Shown here piece by piece: positions 1 to 10,830 of a stretch of 64,000 nucleotides of DNA (positions are counted from its first letter, which is position 1; each line of letters begins with the position of its first letter). This stretch comes from Rebecca billardiae RCC1528. Its lineage: Eukaryota; Protista; Haptophyta. The translations under genes and the position numbers were made by a program. The stretch spans positions 1,674,001 through 1,738,000 of the forward strand of contig OZ251228.1 in the NCBI GenBank assembly GCA_965240325.2, read 5' to 3'. The notes under the pieces are model-generated. The model was not told where the DNA came from and ran no database searches. It saw only the letters and a program-made list of their open reading frames with translations.

Positions 1-3000
1 TCGGCGTCGCCCTCAGCCGGGGCCCGCCGTTCGGAGGCGGGGTGCCCTCCTGCGAGTGGCGCGGCGCGCCGTGCGCGCGGCCGCCTGCCGCACTCTCCTG
101 CGCTCGCGCGGAGGGAAAAGCGGGGGCCGGTCCGCGGGGCGGGGGCGATGCGGGCGCGCGCTGAGCCGAGGCGAGCGGCGAGCGGCGAGCGGCGAGCGGC
201 GAGCGGCGAGCGCACGCGGCGCGGCGCGTGCTCGGACCGCAGGCTGGCTGGCGCACGCGCGCGCGCGCGCGCGGGCGCACCTGCGCTCGCGGCCGCTCCG
301 TCGGCCGGTGCTGCTGTTTTGCGCTCGGCGCGGCGGGCTGCCGCCTGCTCGCCTCCGCGCCGTCGCCGCCGCGCAGCAGGTAGCGGAAGCGCCGGTCGAG
401 GGCATCGCGCGAGGGCCAGGGCACGGCACCGGGCGGCCGCGCCGGCGCGGCCGCGCCCTCCTGCTCGCCCTCCGCGTCCACCAGCGCGATCCTCGAGAGC
501 ACACCCACGAGCGTCGTATCTCGGCGCACGAGATCGTACCCGTTGAGGCCATACAGCCAGAGGCCGACGATCAGGCAGCGGTCCTCCGGCACGCCCCAGC
601 CGGCGACGAGCGTGGGCGTGCGGCCGGGCAGCTGCGCGGCGTTGGGCACCTCGAGCGCGCTCAGCTCGCGCAGCCGCGCCGCGTACTGCTCGAGCACGCG
701 CTCCGGGATCACCTCGGCGCCCGCGCCGGCGGCCGCCGCCGCGTCCGCGCCGCCGCCCTCGCCGCCAAACGCGAGCGCGCCTTCGCGCGTGTACGGTGGC
801 GGCGCGCCCAGCCGGTCGAGCTCGGCGCCGGCCGCGTCGAGGCCGAGCCCCTTCGCGACGAAGCTGTGCAGCTCCCACGCCGCCTGCATCTTCTCCAGGT
901 ACGTCGTCGCGTTGCGCGCCACGCGCTCGAGGAACTTGGTCTCTCGCAGCACTGCGTCAGTGGCGCCCGTCTTGGCCTCGCGGTCGATGGCGAGCGCCGC
1001 GACGCGGAAGTCGGCGACGGTCGAGCCGGACTTGGTGAGGCAGAGCGCGGCGAAGCCGCTCGCCACCGCGCGCTGCTCGGTGACGGGCTTGCCGTAGCAC
1101 GTGCCCTCGTGCCCCGGCGTCGGCGTCGCGAGCTCGCACCGCCGCAGCCGCGTCGGGCCGAAGCGCAGGATCCCGCCGATGAAGACGTCTCGAGCTTTCT
1201 TGGACCACGCGCCCGAGACGCGCGAGCCCGCGCCGCCGCCCGCCTTGGCGTCGGCGTCGGCGTAGGACTCGTCGTCGTCGTCGTCGTCCGAGCGGCCGCC
1301 CGCGCCGCCCGCGCCGCTGTCCATCCCGAACCGCGACACCGTCCGCCGCTGCCTGTCGCCCAGCGACTCGAGCTGCTTCGGCTCGAACGTGAGCCCAATC
1401 TTGGCCCAGAAGTCGTCGTCGTCGACATTGATCTCGCGCGCGCCCGCGCCGCCCGACGAGACGAAGGTGGCCTTGGCGAAGGTGGAGCCCGCCTCGGCGA
1501 GGGAGTCGTACGTCTTGACGCGCGACGAGCGCTCCAGGATCTCGTCGATGTCCGCCTCGTTGAACCGCGCCGACGCGTCGTCCTCGCCCTCGTCGTTGAA
1601 GATGTGATACGCGCCGTGCTTGAGCAGCGTGTCGATCTCCTTGTTCGTCAGCTTGTCCGGCCGCCCGCCGCCCGCGGCGGCGGCGGCGGCGGCCTCGGCG
1701 GCGTTGCCGCGGTCGATGCCGCCGAGCACGGCGTGGTCGAGCCCCAGCTTGATCGACGCGCGGCGGAACATCTCCATCTCGTACGTGTTGCGCGTGATGA
1801 GCCGGTACACCTTGACCGCGTGCGTCTGGCCGATCCGGTGGCAGCGCGCCTGCGCCTGGATGTCGTTCTGCGGGTTCCAGTCCGAGTCGTAGATCACGAC
1901 GGTGTCGGCGGCGGTGAGGTTGATGCCGAGCCCGCCCGCGCGCGTGCACAGCAGGAACACGAAGATCTCCGAGCCCGGCCGCGAGAACCGGTCGATCGCC
2001 GACTGCCGGTCGTTTCCGCGAACGTTCCCGTCGAGCCGCTCGAACGCGTACTTGCGGAACTTGAGGTAGTCCTCGAGGATGTCGAGGCAGCGGACCATCT
2101 GCGAGAAGACGAGGACCTTGTGCCCGCCCGCCTTGAGCTTGGGCAGCAGCTTGTCCAGCAGCACCAGCTTCCCCGCCGCCTCGACGAGCAGCTTGAACAT
2201 CCCGCCCTCGTCGCCGGGCCCGATGTCGCTCGACGCGAGCACAGCGTCCTCGACGCCGTTCACGAGGAACGGGTGGTTGCAGCACTTGCGCAGCTCCATC
2301 ATGATGTTCATCAGGTTGACCGCGTTGTCGCCGCGCGCGCCGCGGTTGAGGAACTCCGTGTTCCGCTCGTAGATCGCGCGGTAGTACTGCTTCTGCAGCG
2401 CGGTCAGCTCCACCTCCACGATCGTCTCCTCCTTGGGCGGCACCGACTTCTCCACGTCGGCCTTCATGCGCCGCAGCAGGAACGGCTTGATCGCCTCGTT
2501 CAGCCGGTCGACGGCGGCGGAGGTGTCGAGCGCGCCGAAGCGCGCGTCGAAGTCGTCCTGCGACGGGAACTCGCGCGGCGCGACGAAGTGCAGCAGCGCG
2601 AACAGCTCCTCCTTCGAGTTCTGCAGAGGGGTGCCCGTGAGAAGCACCGTGTGGTCGATCGAGTACTCGTCGAGCGTGAGCGCGAGCCGCGACGTCGCGT
2701 TCTTGAGCCGGTGCGCCTCGTCGACGATGAGCGCGTTCCAGTGCACGTTCTTGAGCACGCCCTCCTTCTCGAGCACCATCTCGAACGTCGTGACGATCAC
2801 GTTGAACTTGTACAGCTCGTCGACGCGGTGCCTGCGCTCGTAGCGCCACTCGAACTCTTGCAGCGCGGCGCGGCTCTCCTTGTCGCCGTGGTACAGCACG
2901 CAGTTGAGGTCGGTCCAGCCCTCGATCTCGCGCGTCCAGTGGGGCACGGTGGAGAGCGGCGCGACGACGAGGAACGGCCCGCGGCACTGCTGCTCCGTGT

Positions 3001-4408
3001 ACAGGTAGTTGAGCAGCGAGACCGACTGCACCGTCTTGCCCAGCCCCATCTCGTCCGCCAAGATCACATTCCGTCCCTCGTGCCAGCTGAACGACAGCCA
3101 GTTGAGGCCCTCGAGCTGGTACGGGCGGAGCGAGTGGCCCGCGCGGTACGCGGGCGAGGCGCTGAGCTCGGCCCACGGGCGCAGCTGGTGCCGCCCGCGC
3201 ACGTGCTTGCGCAGCAGCTTCGCCGCCGGCGGCGTCGAGCGCTGCTCGAAGCGCGCGAGCGCGTCGTCGTCGCGCACCGCGCTCTCAAGCTCCCAAGTAC
3301 AAGACGAGTACGGCAGCGAGCGCCACTTGACGAGCAGGATGCGCGCGGCGGAGCGGCCCGGGCCGTACGGCCCGCGGTCGGCGGCGACGATGCGCTCCAC
3401 CTCGACGAACTGCGGGTCGAACGGCTCGTCGTCGTCGCCCGCCACCGTGGAGCTCGCGCGCTTGGCCTCGAAGCGCGAGATCCGGCCCGCGCCGCCGCGC
3501 TCCGCGAGCAGCTCCGACTCGGCCACCCAGCCGGTGTGCAGGTACGAGCGCCCCTTGAACTTGACGAGGTACTCGAGCTCGGCGCCCTCGGCGACCAGGC
3601 CCGCCGAGCCGCCGGCCGCGGGCGCGCGGCGCACGGCGAGCAGCTTCTCCACCTGCGGCGGCGCGCCGTCCAAGCCAAGGTTTGTGAACTTGCGCTCGGA
3701 GAGGGACGCGGGCACCTTGGCCGCGGCCGCGGCGGCGGCGTACTCGTCCTCGTCCTCGCTCGCCTCGTCCGAGAAGTAGATGTCACCCTCCGCGCCATCG
3801 TCGGTGTACCGCACGCTCCCGCCGCCGCGGTCGCGGCCCGAGCGCCGCGTCTCCGCCGCCGAGAGCGGCGGCCGGCCGCGCGCGCGCGACGACGGCGCCG
3901 AGCGTGCGCGCCTGCGCGAGCCGCCGGCGACGTAGTCCTCGTCCGTCTCGTCCGACGCGTCCTCCGCGTCGTCGTCGCTCCCACTCGCCACGTCGCGCGC
4001 GCGCCGACCGCCCCTGGGCGCGCGCGCCCCCGCGCCGCCGCCGCTCGGCGTGCGCGCGCGCCGCGGCTTGCCGCCACCGCGCGCAGCCGGCGGCGAGGGC
4101 GGCTGCGGCTTCGCCCTGGCGCGGCGGGGCGCCCTGTCCGACTCGCCGAACGTGTCGATGCTCACCTCGTTGTACTGCACCTGCCGGCGTCGGCGCAGGC
4201 CCTTGCCCGCCGTCTCCTCCTCGGCCTGCAGCTGCGCCTGCAGCCGCGCGGCATACGCCGCGTCCGCATCGACGTCCGCGCTGCCGCCACCGTCGGCGGC
4301 GGAGGCGTCAGCGTCGGCGCCGTCGACGTCAGCATCGCCATTGACGTCCATGCCCGCATCGGCACCTGCCTCCTCGGCCAAGTCCAGGCGCTCATCCTCG
4401 GCGTCCAT
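1..4408 (-). CDS. CHD-family (CHD6-9-like) chromodomain SNF2 chromatin remodeller, 3' end runs off the window; probable intron 50-280
   Basis: Manual minus-strand translation from ATG at 4408 (MDAEDERLDL...) gives two chromodomain-like segments and SNF2 motifs ILADEMGLGKTVQS, IVDEAHRLKN, LTGTPLQN, MELRKCCNHPFL, GHKVLVFSQMV, LCTRAGGLGINLTAADTVVIYDSDWNPQNDIQAQARCHRIGQ. It is absent from the ORF track because it has no stop inside the window. Confidence 0.93.
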   Translation of the reverse strand, partial: MDAEDERLDLAEEAGADAGMDVNGDADVDGADADASAADGGGSADVDADAAYAARLQAQLQAEEETAGKGLRRRRQVQYNEVSIDTFGESDRAPRRARAKPQPPSPPAARGGGKPRRARTPSGGGAGARAPRGGRRARDVASGSDDDAEDASDETDEDYVAGGSRRRARSAPSSRARGRPPLSAAETRRSGRDRGGGSVRYTDDGAEGDIYFSDEASEDEDEYAAAAAAAKVPASLSERKFTNLGLDGAPPQVEKLLAVRRAPAAGGSAGLVAEGAELEYLVKFKGRSYLHTGWVAESELLAERGGAGRISRFEAKRASSTVAGDDDEPFDPQFVEVERIVAADRGPYGPGRSAARILLVKWRSLPYSSCTWELESAVRDDDALARFEQRSTPPAAKLLRKHVRGRHQLRPWAELSASPAYRAGHSLRPYQLEGLNWLSFSWHEGRNVILADEMGLGKTVQSVSLLNYLYTEQQCRGPFLVVAPLSTVPHWTREIEGWTDLNCVLYHGDKESRAALQEFEWRYERRHRVDELYKFNVIVTTFEMVLEKEGVLKNVHWNALIVDEAHRLKNATSRLALTLDEYSIDHTVLLTGTPLQNSKEELFALLHFVAPREFPSQDDFDARFGALDTSAAVDRLNEAIKPFLLRRMKADVEKSVPPKEETIVEVELTALQKQYYRAIYERNTEFLNRGARGDNAVNLMNIMMELRKCCNHPFLVNGVEDAVLASSDIGPGDEGGMFKLLVEAAGKLVLLDKLLPKLKAGGHKVLVFSQMVRCLDILEDYLKFRKYAFERLDGNVRGNDRQSAIDRFSRPGSEIFVFLLCTRAGGLGINLTAADTVVIYDSDWNPQNDIQAQARCHRIGQTHAVKVYRLITRNTYEMEMFRRASIKLGLDHAVLGGIDRGNAAEAAAAAAAGGGRPDKLTNKEIDTLLKHGAYHIFNDEGEDDASARFNEADIDEILERSSRVKTYDSLAEAGSTFAKATFVSSGGAGAREINVDDDDFWAKIGLTFEPKQLESLGDRQRRTVSRFGMDSGAGGAGGRSDDDDDDESYADADAKAGGGAGSRVSGAWSKKARDVFIGGILRFGPTRLRRCELATPTPGHEGTCYGKPVTEQRAVASGFAALCLTKSGSTVADFRVAALAIDREAKTGATDAVLRETKFLERVARNATTYLEKMQAAWELHSFVAKGLGLDAAGAELDRLGAPPPYTREGALAFGGEGGGADAAAAAGAGAEVIPERVLEQYAARLRELSALEVPNAAQLPGRTPTLVAGWGVPEDRCLIVGLWLYGLNGYDLVRRDTTLVGVLSRIALVDAEGEQEGAAAPARPPGAVPWPSRDALDRRFRYLLRGGDGAEASRRQPAAPSAKQQHRPTERPRAQVRPRARARVRQPACGPSTRRAACARRSPLAARRSPLASAQRAPASPPPRGPAPAFPSARAQESAAGGRAHGAPRHSQEGTPPPNGGPRLRATP

Positions 4409-6029
4409 TCCGCGTCGCGTCAGGCCGAATTGCTGCCTTCACGCCCGCGCGAAGCCAGTACGTATGCCGGCACGGCGCGCCGCGCGCCCTTGCTCTGTCA
4501 GCCTCCGGCTCTCCATGTCGCGTCCACTGGGGACACGGCACCCAGGGTCGGAGAAAATCGGCGCGCTTTTTATTTCCGCCTTGCATTTATTCAGCCGCGC
4601 GCTGCGCGGCGGACGCGCGCGTCTCGGGCGAGCGGGCGACGGCGCCGCGCTCCCGTGCGTGTGGACGATCCCGCGAGCGCAGAGCCGGCGAGCTAGGCTG
4701 GGCAGTCGTGCTGAAGTGCCATTCGCCGCTTCGCGCCGCGCATCGCATTCGGCTGTACTTGCCTCGGGCCAGCACTTGTCTGTGCACACCGCCACACGGC
4801 CAGCCCGTCGCCCGCGTGCGCCATGCGAGGCGAGACACACACGGAGCATGCGCTTCCGCGCGGCGAGGCCTACGCTGTACGCACTGCGCTACCTTGCGCC
4901 GCCGCGCATGAGCGCGGGTCCGAACAGCTGCGTTCAGGTGTGCTGATTGCATCATTCATACGAGCCGATTGGTCGAACAAGCGCTCTGGCCCGACGATGA
5001 CGTTGCAGCGCACGCCATGCTGATATGCGGTGACGCGGAGCATGTGCGCTCGCGCGGAGTGGCCACACGCGTGACCGCTGTCCAGCTCTGCCCCGGCATT
5101 GAACTCCGTGACTCGTGCTCCGACGTCAATCTTGGCCCGAGCTAGTACGTGCATGTATGCGTGCTGATGCAGAATATACCTGAACGAGGCCCATGATGGC
5201 CTGCCTGCGTGTATGTGCCTCCTCGGATGACACGGCGCGTGTATGAATGTGTGTATACTACCTTGTCAAGCAGTAGCTCACGTCTGGACGTTCGTGTCGA
5301 ACTTCACGGTGCGCATCGTGCACACACGGTCAGCCTTGATAGATGCACCCGTGCAGCCGGAAGGCAGCATCAGCCTGCCTAAGACGTGAGCATCCAGCCC
5401 CGACGCCGCTTCCGGTGCCTGAATGGCGCGCGCTCCTTTCACGCGGGAATGTGCTCACTACATCACTATCCAGAAGGGCGCATGTCCGTGCTTTGCATGC
5501 TCACATGACCCTCGCCGTAGGTCGATGCCAACCGCTGCGTGATGCTCGATCATGCCTTTTGACGGCTGTGTGACCCGTGCAGATGCGTATGCCAGGCAGC
5601 TTACTGTGACGAGCGATGACGCGTGCATACACTACCTGGACATTGCCCAGTGCAACCAAGTGCCGGACGCCGACGCCGCTGCTCGCGGCACGCGTGCAGT
5701 CAGCCGAGGAATGCACACAACTTCCTTGTTGGTGCGGCGCACGCGATGGCCTGAGGCGCGGCGGATGCAGTGATTCCGAACGGCGAGCGGTGGAACGACG
5801 CAAATGGCTGCTCTTCAGCCGCGCTCAACCACGCGCACCGCCTTCGCGGGCACGCAACTACCGCAGGAGGGCGCGCAGTCGGCGCCCATCTCGCCCCTCC
5901 AGCGCCGCCCAGCGCGCTGTCAGCGCAGCCGCCAGCGGCAGAGGTTGGTGGTGCTCTGACGGCATCACCAACATATTCGGAAAAGAAAATCCCCACCCGA
6001 AATTCCTGCGCCCAGTGGATGTCCGGACG

Positions 6030-6865
6030 ATGGATCCTGACTGCCGGCACTGCCAGTTTGCCCGGTCGTCGGCAAGGCCGAACGGCGGCCGCGGGGCGAG
6101 CCAGGCGAGAAGGTTGCCGCGCTCACAAGTCACAGCATTCGTCGTGGGCGTGCTTGCGCTGCTGGGGGCTTTGCACGGCGCGCGCCCCACGTGCTTCCCC
6201 CTCCCACGGGCAAGGATGGGCCGGTCAGCAACGCCACGTTGTACGACAACTGGGTCGAGTTCATCGACCTGAACGACCAGCTCGCCAACGTCTCCTGGCT
6301 CACATATACTTGCGCTCTCCCTGAGCACAAGTCTTCCGAACGCGTCCATGCCAACTGCACGAAGATCAACGTGCCTGCCGGGTGCACAGGCAGCTCATCA
6401 CCGGCCAGGTTTTTTCCGGATCACGTGCGCTGGTGAGCAACACTCGCAAGCTGGCATATGCGCGTACCCGCGCGACTTCCCTGCCGAGCTCGAATTGGCT
6501 GTGTATTCATCACGAACTTCCGCTTCAACTTCAAATAGTTCGACAGGGAGTACACGCTGACGTTTCCTTCGCTCCCACGTGCCCAAGACTACGAGCTCGT
6601 CTGCAACGAGTCGGTCTACCCGTGGTACATTGGCGGCTCGGGCTGGGATGGGAAGTACGTGCGATCAGGTAGCCCATTCGGCAGAGACGTACAGTATACC
6701 TTCTATGGACCTACAAGCCAACAAGAACACAAGCAGCTGGTGTTTGACATCCCGCAGTCCATGCATGGCGAGTCCCAACACACCACCGAGAGCAACGCCA
6801 ACTACTACCCGCTCCCTCCCAACCAGTTATTCCGGTTTCAGCTGGCTTTTCGGGGCGTACTGTAG
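6030..6865 (+). CDS. Hypothetical secreted/membrane-anchored glycoprotein; intron 6433-6546; apparent frameshift near 6170-6195
   Basis: A GTGAGC...CAG intron joins ORF 6191-6436 in frame to ORF 6659-6865 (...HVRW/EYTLTFPSLP...). Four N-x-S/T sites. The hydrophobic segment VTAFVVGVLALLGAL lies upstream in a different frame. Confidence 0.5.
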
Positions 6866-7010
6866 CCTAGCAGTCTGTAGCCAGTCCGCGTCAGGGCTTC
6901 GGACCGAGTGAATGAGTGCTGATCTCTGGCGGGCGGACCGCGCGGTGACCTGCGCGGACGGGCGTACGTTGGAATAGCCGCTACGAGTTACGACTGCATG
7001 TATCATGTAT

Positions 7011-7012
<2 letters not shown>

Positions 7013-7085
<73 letters not shown>
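7013..7085. repeat. (GA)n microsatellite
   Basis: Uninterrupted GA run. Confidence 0.98.
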
Positions 7086-7087
<2 letters not shown>

Positions 7088-7266
7088 TCTATATAGCTAA
7101 GCTGAGAACACTGCGAACTGCTCATGTAGGCTACAGGTCCGGGCGGCTTGGTGGCCGGCGCCAAGCCAATAGGCAATACACTCCGCCAGCGCGCCACTGC
7201 TAACTGGGCAGCTGCGACGTCGGCGAATACATCACCCGTGGTACGTTCCGACGATAGGCACCAGCG

Positions 7267-7728
7267 TCAGGCCGCAGGGCGATTCGGCACCGGCACCTCG
7301 GCCTGGTTCCGCTCTTGCTGCTTTGCCAGGGCCTGCTTGGCTCCGTCACACGCGATTTCCGCTGCCTGGGCAGTCACCACATCTCCGCTCTTGCAGCGGA
7401 TGACGCCAAAGACCTCCTCGGAGTCCGCTCGCATGCATGCATTGCAGACAGCGACGGCGACGCGAGAGAGGTTCTCCGAACCAAGCGCCGCCCGTTGAGC
7501 TTCGAGCCAGCTCGCCTGGGACTGAGCCAGTGCGATTGTCACCGGAGGATGGGAGCCCTCGGCACCATCTGGAGGCACGAGCGGCGCGCCAGAGCTGGAT
7601 TGGTGCATGATACAGCACCGAAACGCCTTGCCGATGTCCGGCAGGTCGAACTTCTCGGCCATGGCATGCAGGAACGCTGCCTGGCCGGGCGCGAGGGTGA
7701 GGTCGACGGACGTCTTCTCACCCCCCAT
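7267..7728 (-). CDS. Hypothetical protein (153 aa), possible duplicated ribbon-helix-helix-like fold
   Basis: Intronless ORF from ATG 7728 (MGGEKTSVDLTL...) with normal composition and two internally similar halves (VDLTLAPGQAAFL / VTIALAQSQASWL). Confidence 0.6.
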   Translation of the reverse strand: MGGEKTSVDLTLAPGQAAFLHAMAEKFDLPDIGKAFRCCIMHQSSSGAPLVPPDGAEGSHPPVTIALAQSQASWLEAQRAALGSENLSRVAVAVCNACMRADSEEVFGVIRCKSGDVVTAQAAEIACDGAKQALAKQQERNQAEVPVPNRPAA

Positions 7729-7885
7729 CGTGCGAAGGCGGCGTCGCGATAATATGGGCCGGCGTCGCGATATTAAAAGGAGCACGTTATTCACGTGGAC
7801 TAGCCTGTCCGGCCCCCCTCCGCTGGCTACTAGCCAGTGTAGAGTCGGACAGCCTACACGTGGACGGATACATACAGTACTGTCG

Positions 7886-7919
7886 ATCTCGCCTGCCTGA
7901 GCTGTGTGCGTCTCTTATT
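7886..7919 (+). repeat. Dispersed 34-bp motif, copy 1
   Basis: ATCTCGCCTGCCTGAGCTGTGTGCGTCTCTTATT is identical at 54085-54118 and matches 28/29 at 18616-18644. Confidence 0.85.
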
Positions 7920-8518
7920 CTTGCGCTCTTCGCGGGCCCACTCGTCCCGATGGGGCGTGGGGCCGCGCCTGGCCCTGTTCACAAGGTGTTTGTGTTCGGG
8001 GCAGGCGAAGGCTCTGTGCCACAACCGGGGTAGGTGGGCAGACAGGGGCTGGCGGCAGCCGAGAGGGGCCGCTTTCCCCCGCCCCCGCTGCTGCGAAGGC
8101 GGCGGGGGTGCGCTGCTTGCCTCCGCAGGCGAGCAGCGCGCAGTTTACGCCGGGCATGTGGACCTGCCCACCCTTCATCTTCCAGTTCTTCCCTTCGGCT
8201 GGGGCTCGATCAGTCGACGTGGCGTCGCTCACAGCGCAGGCAGGTGTTTGGCGCGGCTGCACTCTCGAGGTGGCTGGGATACAACATCCAGGTGCAGCAC
8301 CCTCCCCGTGTGGTGTCAGAGCGCGCTCCCGAGCGCGTGCCTCCGAGCGCGGGGCGGCCGCTTGCTGCAATGGCCGCCTCGATGAGGTGCGGCAACGCGC
8401 CCCTCACCTGCCTGCGCCGGTCTGTTTTGTGGCGGTGTCTTTGTGCAGTGTTGGATGGCGTCAATCACGCCTTAACCAAGTGTGCACGTGAAAACATAGT
8501 AAACTGTAGTAAACTGTA

Positions 8519-10767
8519 CAGGTGCTATGGCCTATTTCTGGACGATGCCGTTTTCTGGACAAGCGCGTGGCCATGGTGAAGCGCACCGACGAGTCGCCCG
8601 CCAAGCGGCGCAAGACGCCAGCAGCGCGCATCGCCAACCCCCGGAACCAGGCGGAGTACGCCATGAACAAGTCCAACCACGACGAGAAGCAGCGGCAGCT
8701 GCGCACGGCGCTGAAGTGGTGCCGCGATGAGGCAGACGCGGGGCGTGCGAAGGGCGCGGTCGACCGCGCGATCAGCTCGGATCGGTGGCCCGCCTTCATC
8801 ACGTCTACCTCAGCCCGCCGGACACGACGGGGCTGACGCAGCCGCTCGACCAGATCAACCAGGTGCTGCACTACTACTGCTCGGTGAGTACCAAGAAGTG
8901 GGCGCGCTACCAGCAGTCGAAGCTGCTCGCGCAGCGCATGCGCGAGGTGCGCGCCGATCTCGGCGACGATGAGATCAACCTCGAGGATGCAGTCGACGGC
9001 GACGGCGATGACGACGATGATGAGGGCGGCAGCGACGACGACGGCGACGGGGGCGACGACTCGGCCGAGGAGGGGCGGCGACGCGGCGCGGGCGAGGGCG
9101 CGAAGAAGTCTCTCTCGAAGCGCGACTTCCACCTTCTCCTGGGCACTCGTGGGAGGGCTTCTGTAAGAAAGAGAGCGTCATCGGCGCCTTCAAGCGCTGC
9201 GGCATCACCGCGAGCGGCGTCGACATCGGCTTGATGCAGCAGGACAAGTTCGCGGTCGCCGATCTGCTACTCAACCCCGAGCGCGTGTTCGAGGCTGCTC
9301 CCGCGGCCGCGGAGGGTGCCGGCCACCGCGGTGCGGTGCGCCGCGCGATCGACTACGGCGCCGGTGGCATCCCGGCCGAGTACACGCCCGTGTCCTCCAC
9401 CCACCGTGCCGGCTCGACGCTCGACCTGCATCACCGTCTCTCCGAGCAGCAGACGGTGATCGAGAGCCTCCGTGCTCAGATCAAGTGGCACGAGACGACG
9501 GTCAAGATGCCCAACGCCGAGGAGGCGGAGGCGCTGCTGCCGTTCGACGTCGTGGGCAAGAAGGTCGAGGGCGGCCGGAAGCGCGCAAACAAGGAGAAGT
9601 TCGGTTCGGCCGAGCTGGTCTGCTTCCTCGAGGGCCAGGAGGCAGCCGATCAGGCGGCTGTGACGGCGGCCGCCGATGCCGAGGCAAAGCGCGCTGCGAA
9701 GGCGGCACGGCGCGCCGAGACCGAGGCCGCGGCAGCTGCGAACGTCGACCAGCGCGATGCGCTCGAGCGCGCCTTCAAGGCCTGCGAGAGGGCGCGCGCC
9801 AACTCGGCTGAGCCATGCGCGTGCGGCGCAGATTCGGCCGCGACGTGCACGTGCCGGACGCATCACTTCTGTCCGCATTGCAGGCGCGTGCAGAAGACGG
9901 CATGCAAGAAGCAGAAGTGCCAGCCGCATCTCGTGGGTGCGCCTTTGGAGGCTGTCATCGACATCGACACGACGATCACGATGGATGACGCTTAGACCCT
10001 AGCAGTAGGTTTGTATCACGGGGGTAGCTGTCGTTAACGACTCGCCGCAGCGGAGTGATGACAAGCCTAGTCTTTGATAGATGATCGGCCGGGACGAGAC
10101 TGCTCGGGTACTCGTCTGTCTCGTGTGTCACGGCCGGTGCTCCGCGCCGAGCGGCATCCGGACACAGGGGCGTCAGCATGCCGACGCCGACGGCGCGCCG
10201 CTTCAGGCCGCGCGCAGCAGCGCACGGTTACCCCGGAGTGGGTGGCGACGCTGTCGCAGGAGGGCGTGGGCTCACAGAACTGGTGATCTAGCACATGGTC
10301 GGCTGATGAGACTGATCGCGTGCAGAGCTGAGCTATCAGATAGCTGCATGACAACGCGGGTGCTTTGTGAGAACGCGTAGCATGTGCCAGGCACCGAACG
10401 CAGGTGAATGGACTAGTGGAGCAGAGAACGCGTGGTATATGCCTGGACTAGGTCGTCAAGTAAGTCCAGCGAGCTACTGCGGCCCTTCCTGTCCGGTCTC
10501 AAGCATTCCTGGCCCACCCAACATGCGCGCACAGCTTCACGACCGCACGTCCACGGTTTGTCCAGAAAACGGCATGTGCCCAGATCTGGGCTATGCCGAA
10601 GTCGAGCACGTTGCTCACCAACGCGATGGCCGATGACGATGAGACTTCGTGTGCCTACCTTTAACTCCACGCTGGTTCGCGTGGTGGCATCGTGGGCGGG
10701 CTAGTCCGCCATGGCTGGACGTGAGAGCTACTTGGATTTTCCGTCCAGAAATAGGCCATAGCACCTG
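8519..10767 (+). mobile_element. pogo/Fot1-like (Tc1/mariner superfamily) DNA transposon, internally deleted
   Basis: Perfect 26-bp TIR CAGGTGCTATGGCCTATTTCTGGACG (8519-8544 / 10742-10767), TA on both flanks, and a second 18-bp inner inverted repeat (8545-8562 / 10558-10575). Confidence 0.9.
8574..9995 (+). pseudogene. Defective pogo-type DDE transposase with C-terminal Cys/His-rich domain
   Basis: Three frames stitched: N-terminus MVKRTDESPAKRRK... to about 8801; YLSPPDTTGLTQPLDQ (DDE_1 PxxTTxxxQPLD motif); frameshift near 9148 to WEGFCKKESVIGAFKRCGI; C-terminal CTCRTHHFCPHC...CKKQKC. Most of the catalytic core is missing. Confidence 0.8.
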
Positions 10768-10830
10768 TACCCGGTGCGCTGGGGCGTCAAGCGCGCGTTG
10801 CCGCGTTCCCGCGCACTGCACAGCTGCAGG

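Noticed and set aside
56-4696. 1546-aa plus-strand ORF
   Set aside because: In-register antisense shadow of the CHD gene, caused by high GC3; no motifs.
7003-7197. ORFs with SLSLSL or YIYIYI runs (also 30343 and 47123)
   Set aside because: Translations of GA and AT microsatellites.
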